The position numbers and the translations under genes are program-made. 64,000 bases of DNA from Phycisphaerae bacterium (GTDB taxonomy: Bacteria > Planctomycetota > Phycisphaerae > UBA1845 > Fen-1342), in the NCBI GenBank assembly GCA_963675745.2, contig CAXXWX010000003.1, positions 160,001 to 224,000 on the forward strand. Reading direction: 5' to 3'. This document shows, one piece after another, positions 58,495 to 64,000 of the stretch. Below the pieces are notes generated by a model. The model saw only the letters and a program-made list of their open reading frames with translations. It ran no database searches and was not told the DNA's origin. Positions within the stretch are counted from its first letter, which is position 1, and each line of letters begins with the position of its first letter.

Positions 58495-59631
58495 ATGTCA
58501 TCAACCAGACGGATTCACGCCATGGCGCGACGGCGTTGCCGATTGCACCGACCGGCGTTCACCTTGATCGAGTTGCTAGTCGTTGTCGCAATCATCGCCT
58601 TGCTGATCTCGATTCTGCTGCCATCACTCGGCCGCGCCCGGGAGCAGGCGCGACTGGTGACCTGTCTTGCGCACATGCGCGGCACCGGGCAACTCGTCAT
58701 GCTGTTCGCCAATGACCACGACGGCCGCATGCAACTGACGTCCACGGAGTTTGCGGTCCAGAACGCCGACGCGTCGCGTTCGAAGTATGCCTACGGCGAC
58801 AGCGGCGAATTGCTGGCCTGGCCGGTGGCGCTGGCGCAGGCCAACGGCCTGCCCATTCGCAACAACTGGGACTGGGGCGTGCGCGCCGACAACTACTTCT
58901 ACGCAAAGGAACGCGAGAAATTCATCTCGAAACAATTCAAGCTCATGCAATGTCCATCGGACCGGGCGCGTATTGCAACGCCCTTCTTCTCACGCGGTGA
59001 CGGTCTGCGCGGGGCAGGTAATCCGGACGACGATCACTCACAGGACAACAGCCCCGGGCCACGCACCGCTTATTGGGGCCTGTTGAGCTTTGCGATCAAC
59101 GAGGACATCACCGGAGCTGAGTATTCGAGTCTGAATGCAACCTGGGGTTCCTGCTGGCGCGCGGTGTACAACGATGGTGAGTGGACTGAGTGCATCGGCG
59201 AAGAGCGCTATGGCCCCAGCAGCCCCTGCTTCGGCCGAAACGGCTTTCGCCTGCGCGGCGAGCTGGACAAGATCGAATCATCGGCAAACCTGATGCTGCT
59301 CGTCGATGCGGGTCCGGAAAACGACGCGATACCGACACAGGCGGAGGACGAGTGGACCCACGTGAACCTGATCCACAGCGGCGCGGGAGCCGAAGGTCCG
59401 TTTCTCGGCCACTCGCTGCAGGCCAATGCGTCAGCCACAGGGACGCGCGTACCCATGCGGCGGCACGTGGACGGCAATGTGAACGTGCTGTATGTCGACG
59501 GGCACGGCGCCACCGCCAAGATGGTCGAGACAAGTTCCGAGAACGCCTACAACGTCGAAGTACCGAAAAGATACGCCCCCCGCGTACGTGTGTCGCCATA
59601 TTCGATGGGCAACATCAATGTTGACGATTAA
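58495..59631 (+). CDS. prepilin-type N-terminal cleavage/methylation protein, DUF1559-like, with H-X9-DG motif
   Basis: [56 protein letters not shown]. Confidence 0.9.
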   Translation: MSSTRRIHAMARRRCRLHRPAFTLIELLVVVAIIALLISILLPSLGRAREQARLVTCLAHMRGTGQLVMLFANDHDGRMQLTSTEFAVQNADASRSKYAYGDSGELLAWPVALAQANGLPIRNNWDWGVRADNYFYAKEREKFISKQFKLMQCPSDRARIATPFFSRGDGLRGAGNPDDDHSQDNSPGPRTAYWGLLSFAINEDITGAEYSSLNATWGSCWRAVYNDGEWTECIGEERYGPSSPCFGRNGFRLRGELDKIESSANLMLLVDAGPENDAIPTQAEDEWTHVNLIHSGAGAEGPFLGHSLQANASATGTRVPMRRHVDGNVNVLYVDGHGATAKMVETSSENAYNVEVPKRYAPRVRVSPYSMGNINVDD

Positions 59632-59898
59632 CCCTGGTGAGGGCGCGATGTTTGCTGGGATGGAGAGTTAAACCCTCGACGCAGGACACTGAATAACGTG
59701 ACCCCAATCTCGCCAGAGGTGTGATTCGGCGGCCTGATGGTGGGCACGCGGGTCGCGAAATCAGAAGGAGGAAGGGAGTCTCAGAGAGCTTTCGAGCACC
59801 GGAGATGGCGAGCCGCGCCTTTGGGTTCGCACAACGAGTGAAGCGCCGCCGGGTCGCGCCACAGCGCGGCGGACCTGCGGCCTGGAAAGGGATCAGGA

Positions 59899-62800
59899 GT
59901 GTCTGACATGTCTCATACCTTAACATCCAACTGGCGCAGCGCAGCTATTACCGCCGCACTGCTATCGCTGGCCTTCGGAGTAACCGCCGGGGCCGATTCC
60001 TTCTTCGAGAACTTTGATGCGGCTACCGGCACGGGGGGCGGCATCTTTCTCGACGGCCGCGGCTTCAGCGCGCTGGAGGACTGGGACGACGGGCTGCTCA
60101 ACGAGACGGCGTTCGGATCGACTTCCGGGCATGCCAACGCCATTCTCTCGGCGCAGGGCGCGCCGGGCCTCGGCGTCAGCGGCGGCGCGGGACTCCTCGA
60201 GATTATCGACGTCAATTTCAACTTCATCGATGAAGACTTCAGTTCAGTGACCGGCACTGGTGGCGGTGTGTTCCTGATCGGAGACGGAAACACCCCCGAT
60301 CTCACCGGTTACACCGGAGCCTGGGATGACGGGCTCGGTGATGAGTTCGCGTTCTTCGGCACGGCCAACGGCGCGATTCTCGTCGGTGATGTGTCGGCCC
60401 AGGGCATTCCCGGTGGCGGCGCGACAGACGGCGGCGGACAGATGATCGTCAACAACGTCAATGTCACCGCCGGTGAGTGGTATGGCGGCCTGGCCTGGAC
60501 GGTGCCCGGATTCCCCGCCGGTGCCGCTCCCGTGCTCGTCAACGGCGGATTCGATGTTGACGGGACCATCCCTCCGGGTGGCGACCCCACCATCACGGGC
60601 TGGACGCTGGGCGGCGACGCGATGTGGTTCCAAGGTGGGCCGAGCTGGGAAGGCAGCGTGTACCTTGAACCCAGCCAGATGCCGCCAATCAGCCCGGCGC
60701 ACGCGCTGAAGATCTGGTGCGCGTGGCAGGTTGGCTATCCAAATGAGTCGACGGTGTACCAGGACCTGGCCGCCACGGAAGGACAGACCTGGGAACTGGA
60801 TTGCTTCGTGGCGAACTACAGCGGCGACCCGTTGGCGACCAATAACACGGCCGAGATGCGGATCGAATTCTACGACCCCAATGACAACCTGCTGGGCACG
60901 CCCGCCGTGGCGACAATCCTCACTGTCTCTGACCCGATCGACACCTGGATCGACGTGACGCCGCTGAGTGCGGTGGCTCCGGCCGGCACAGCCTACGCGC
61001 GCGCCGTGCTCGCTTACGTCGCGCCGGTCGCACCGGCCGGCAATTGTGGTGCGGCGTTCATCGAAGATGTGACATTCGAGGTCACGGATGGGCCGCCGTC
61101 GTTCAATTTGGGTGACTTCAGCCTGACGGCCGATGTGCGCGGCGAGGCGCTCGGCGCCGGCGAGCAGCTCGGCCACTACCAGTTGCGTCTGGAAGACTCG
61201 TCCGGTGGGCGCCTGGTCTTCACGTCCACTGCGGTCGCCGATCCGAACGCCTGGACGCCGATCGGCGGCACGCTTGATCTGGCCGATGAGCGTGATGCCA
61301 ACGACGTGCCGACGCCCGGCGCGTTCGACCCGTCGTCCAGCAACTTCACGGTCGTGGTGGCGTTTGACAACAACCGCGCGACGACCTGGGGCACAGGCGG
61401 CACGCTTGAGGTCGACAACATTCTGATGCCGAACACGGTTCAGACCGGCAGCGGCTACGTCGCAGGCCTGTACTGGGATGGCATCCCGGCCGAGGCCGAG
61501 GTCGATCCGCGCAACCTGCAGCTCACAGCCGATCTGCTCGGCGACGTCGCCGGCGGTGACTACCAGCTCCGCATGGAGGTCTTCGGCGACATCCCATACG
61601 TCAACGAGAACTTCAGCACCCTGACCGGCGAGGGTGGCGACCAGCTCAAGGCCCCGAACGACGAGAACGGCTATGTCGAGACGGGCGACTGGGATACGGG
61701 CATCGACTTCGAGTTCGGCTTTGCCGGTACGTTCGAAGGGGCCGTCGTGACGACACCCGCCGGCGGCATCTGGATTGAAGGCGACTTGGCCGAAGGGGCG
61801 GCGAAGCTCGAAGCACACGAGATCGCCGTCGGCGGCCTCGCGGGCTGGTATGTCGGCGCGGGGTGGCGCGATCAGGCGCTGGCCTCGACCGATCCGAATC
61901 TCGTCACGTTGACCGCCAGTATCAAGGGTGATGCCAGCGGCGCTCTGGAGTCGCTAGGCACAGTCCAGCTTCGCATCGAAGACCCCGATCTCGACTACAT
62001 CGGATTTGAACAGATGGCGACAACTGGTTGGCAGCCCATCGGTGGCGCGCTCTCGACGACCAACGCTTCCGGCGCACTCGGCAGTGGCGACGGTGTGTTC
62101 GACTGGAACGCCGAATCCTACACCGTTGCCGTCGTATTCGAGGGCACCGACTCCAACTGGAACTGGGGAGGCACGGTCTGGGTCGACAACGTGCAGATCA
62201 CCGAACCCGCCAATCCGGTCCGCACGCAGCGCGGCCAGATCAGCTTCAGCGGGTCGGCCAACGGTTCTACATACGATAGCGTCGGCGGATTGCTGATCGA
62301 CGGCGATTCGAGCTTCCCCCCGGTCGGCGGCGTGATCCAGGATGGCAACGCCAACTGGGAGCGCGGCATCGAGGGTGAGGCGGCGTTCTTCGGCGGCTGG
62401 CTGGCATCGATCGCTCAGGTTGAGGCACAGGGCTGCACGGATTGCGGCATGTCCGGCACTGGCGGCGCACAACTGATCGCCACCGGAATAACGCACGACG
62501 ATCCGAACGGCACCTACTGGGCCGGTCTGGCCTGGCACAACATCCCGATCGATATCAGTGACCCGAACCTGGTCCGCTTCACCGCGGATGTGAAGGGCGA
62601 GTGGGACACTTCGGGCGGCACGCTCGCCGGTTACACGGTCATCCGCCTCGAGGATGGCAACGGCGGTAACTTCGGCTTCGAGTTGCAAGCTGACGGTGCG
62701 TGGCACGCCATTGGCGGCACTATGAACACCGCCATTGACTACAACGGCTTTAACAAGGCCACCACGCAAGTCTCAGTCGTGCTGATTATCTACACGCACG

Positions 62801-63249
62801 ATTCAGACGAGGGGCCGAACGCCACTATCTCGCTCGACAACCTGCGCCTTGAATACAACGACCCGGTCAACGGTTGGACCGATGTGCTCTACGAGAACTT
62901 CGATACAGCCGTCGGCCCGACGCCGGGCTATCTCGACGACGCGGGATCGTTCGACACGTACACGCTGGTGGCCACCATGGAGAATGGCCTGACGACGTGG
63001 CCGGCTGGTGGTTCGCTGCTGATCGACAATCTGTCGCTCGGTGGCCTGCCTCAGTACGAGTTGGGTGATCTGAACTGCGACGGTTTCGTCAACAACGGCG
63101 ATATTGACGCGTTCGTTTTGGCGCTCAACGACCCCGGTGTGTATGCCAGCGCATATCCGGATTGCGATATCAATCTGGCGGACATCAACGACGACGGGTT
63201 CGTCAACAACGGTGACATCGACCCGTTTGTCGCATTGCTCAGTGGTTGA
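59899..63249 (+). CDS. large secreted multi-beta-sandwich protein with nested repeats and dockerin-like tail
   Basis: Signal peptide; four homologous ENF/WDxG/LTAD/QLRxE/IGG/xDNx domains plus one CBM-like domain; GDLNCDGFVNNGDID tail; no catalytic motif recognised. Confidence 0.85.
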   Translation: MSDMSHTLTSNWRSAAITAALLSLAFGVTAGADSFFENFDAATGTGGGIFLDGRGFSALEDWDDGLLNETAFGSTSGHANAILSAQGAPGLGVSGGAGLLEIIDVNFNFIDEDFSSVTGTGGGVFLIGDGNTPDLTGYTGAWDDGLGDEFAFFGTANGAILVGDVSAQGIPGGGATDGGGQMIVNNVNVTAGEWYGGLAWTVPGFPAGAAPVLVNGGFDVDGTIPPGGDPTITGWTLGGDAMWFQGGPSWEGSVYLEPSQMPPISPAHALKIWCAWQVGYPNESTVYQDLAATEGQTWELDCFVANYSGDPLATNNTAEMRIEFYDPNDNLLGTPAVATILTVSDPIDTWIDVTPLSAVAPAGTAYARAVLAYVAPVAPAGNCGAAFIEDVTFEVTDGPPSFNLGDFSLTADVRGEALGAGEQLGHYQLRLEDSSGGRLVFTSTAVADPNAWTPIGGTLDLADERDANDVPTPGAFDPSSSNFTVVVAFDNNRATTWGTGGTLEVDNILMPNTVQTGSGYVAGLYWDGIPAEAEVDPRNLQLTADLLGDVAGGDYQLRMEVFGDIPYVNENFSTLTGEGGDQLKAPNDENGYVETGDWDTGIDFEFGFAGTFEGAVVTTPAGGIWIEGDLAEGAAKLEAHEIAVGGLAGWYVGAGWRDQALASTDPNLVTLTASIKGDASGALESLGTVQLRIEDPDLDYIGFEQMATTGWQPIGGALSTTNASGALGSGDGVFDWNAESYTVAVVFEGTDSNWNWGGTVWVDNVQITEPANPVRTQRGQISFSGSANGSTYDSVGGLLIDGDSSFPPVGGVIQDGNANWERGIEGEAAFFGGWLASIAQVEAQGCTDCGMSGTGGAQLIATGITHDDPNGTYWAGLAWHNIPIDISDPNLVRFTADVKGEWDTSGGTLAGYTVIRLEDGNGGNFGFELQADGAWHAIGGTMNTAIDYNGFNKATTQVSVVLIIYTHDSDEGPNATISLDNLRLEYNDPVNGWTDVLYENFDTAVGPTPGYLDDAGSFDTYTLVATMENGLTTWPAGGSLLIDNLSLGGLPQYELGDLNCDGFVNNGDIDAFVLALNDPGVYASAYPDCDINLADINDDGFVNNGDIDPFVALLSG

Positions 63250-63518
63250 ACACGCTCAGCCTGAATGAGCGGATTCTGACGACCGCGCCCGGGGCAGCGC
63301 CCGGCGCGGTCGTCTGTGTCTCCGATGCACGGAACCGCTGAACTGTTTTGAAGGGCCGCCGCCGGGTGTTAAACTGGAGGTAATCTCTTGTGGCGGTGGC
63401 AACGGGCAGTCAGAAGTCGTCGCCGGCGGGAAGACGCAGCACCGCCATAACGTGCTGGTGAACACACTCGCATTGCCGCGCCGTGCGGCGGGCCACGCGA
63501 CACTCGATGGAGTCCGAC

Positions 63519-64000
63519 GTGCATATCACTCGAATAACCGCGTTCATCCTGCTAACCGCGGCGCTATTACCGATCGCGACATCTCTGGCGGAGTACACGC
63601 TCGTCTGGTCGGACGAGTTCGACGGCCCGGACATCGATCCGGCCAACTGGGAGTTCATGTACGGCGACGGGAGCGACTACGGCAATCCGGGGTGGGGCAA
63701 CAATGAGTGGCAGTGGTACACGGACCGTTCGGAAAACTGCTATATCTCCGGTGGGCAGATGCACATCGCCGCCCGGCGTGACTACTGGCAGGGGCATGAG
63801 TACACCTCCGCCCGGCTGCGCACGCTATATCGCGCCGACTTCCTCTACGGTCGTATCGAAGCGAGTATCAAGCTGCCATCGACGCAGGGCATCTGGCCGG
63901 CCTTCTGGATGCTGCCGACCGACTCGCCCTACGGCGGCTGGGCCGCCAGCGGTGAAATCGACATCATGGAGTCGATCAATACCGCGGACCGTGTTTACGG
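63519..64000 (+). CDS. GH16 (laminarinase-like), 5' part, runs off the window
   Basis: GTG start after GGAG; signal peptide; LVWSDEF, WGNNEWQWY, YTSARL, GIWPAFWML, SGEIDIME. Confidence 0.9.
   Translation, partial: MHITRITAFILLTAALLPIATSLAEYTLVWSDEFDGPDIDPANWEFMYGDGSDYGNPGWGNNEWQWYTDRSENCYISGGQMHIAARRDYWQGHEYTSARLRTLYRADFLYGRIEASIKLPSTQGIWPAFWMLPTDSPYGGWAASGEIDIMESINTADRVY

Noticed and set aside
60244..61818. 524-aa antisense ORF (similarly 3522-4832, 1524-2459, 29765-31066)
   Set aside because: Antisense shadows of well-supported genes with no motifs of their own.
27129..63249. Cellulosome
   Set aside because: Dockerin-like tails are present, but no cohesin/scaffoldin or cellulase family is recognisable, and the tails also occur on a peptidase and an Rhs fragment.

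Overview
This is a GC-rich bacterial window, most likely from Planctomycetota (Phycisphaerae-like). The assignment is inferred from three DUF1559-type prepilin-like genes, a PEP-CTERM protein, planctomycete-type ECF sigma factors and many dockerin-like C-terminal tails. 1-20 kb holds mixed housekeeping and accessory genes: an ECF sigma, a frameshifted MutS-domain-V gene, a beta-CASP nuclease, an SbcD-GIY-YIG fusion, tatC, tRNA-Phe/tRNA-Ala, a C10 peptidase, a Ser/Thr kinase, SUI1, PilZ, ABC-F and an aldo/keto reductase. 20.4-25.2 kb is an array of orphan Rhs core/toxin/immunity cassettes, one with an Ntox16-like tip and one with a colicin-M-like tip. 26.2-48.2 kb is a ~21.9 kb island integrated at tRNA-Ser(GCT), with a 19-bp att duplication and a truncated integrase. 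It carries a LacI-controlled putative beta-1,2-glucan locus (four GH144-like genes, GH94, ABC importer) and a PEP-CTERM / DUF1559 pilin-like / triple-CBM-like module. 48-53 kb is decayed accessory DNA. 53-64 kb is a second LacI-associated beta-glucan locus (three GH16) with the same pilin-like + non-catalytic binding-protein arrangement. That locus includes a 1116-aa protein whose domains are nested inside one another. Protein family calls come from motif recognition by eye; no searches were run.
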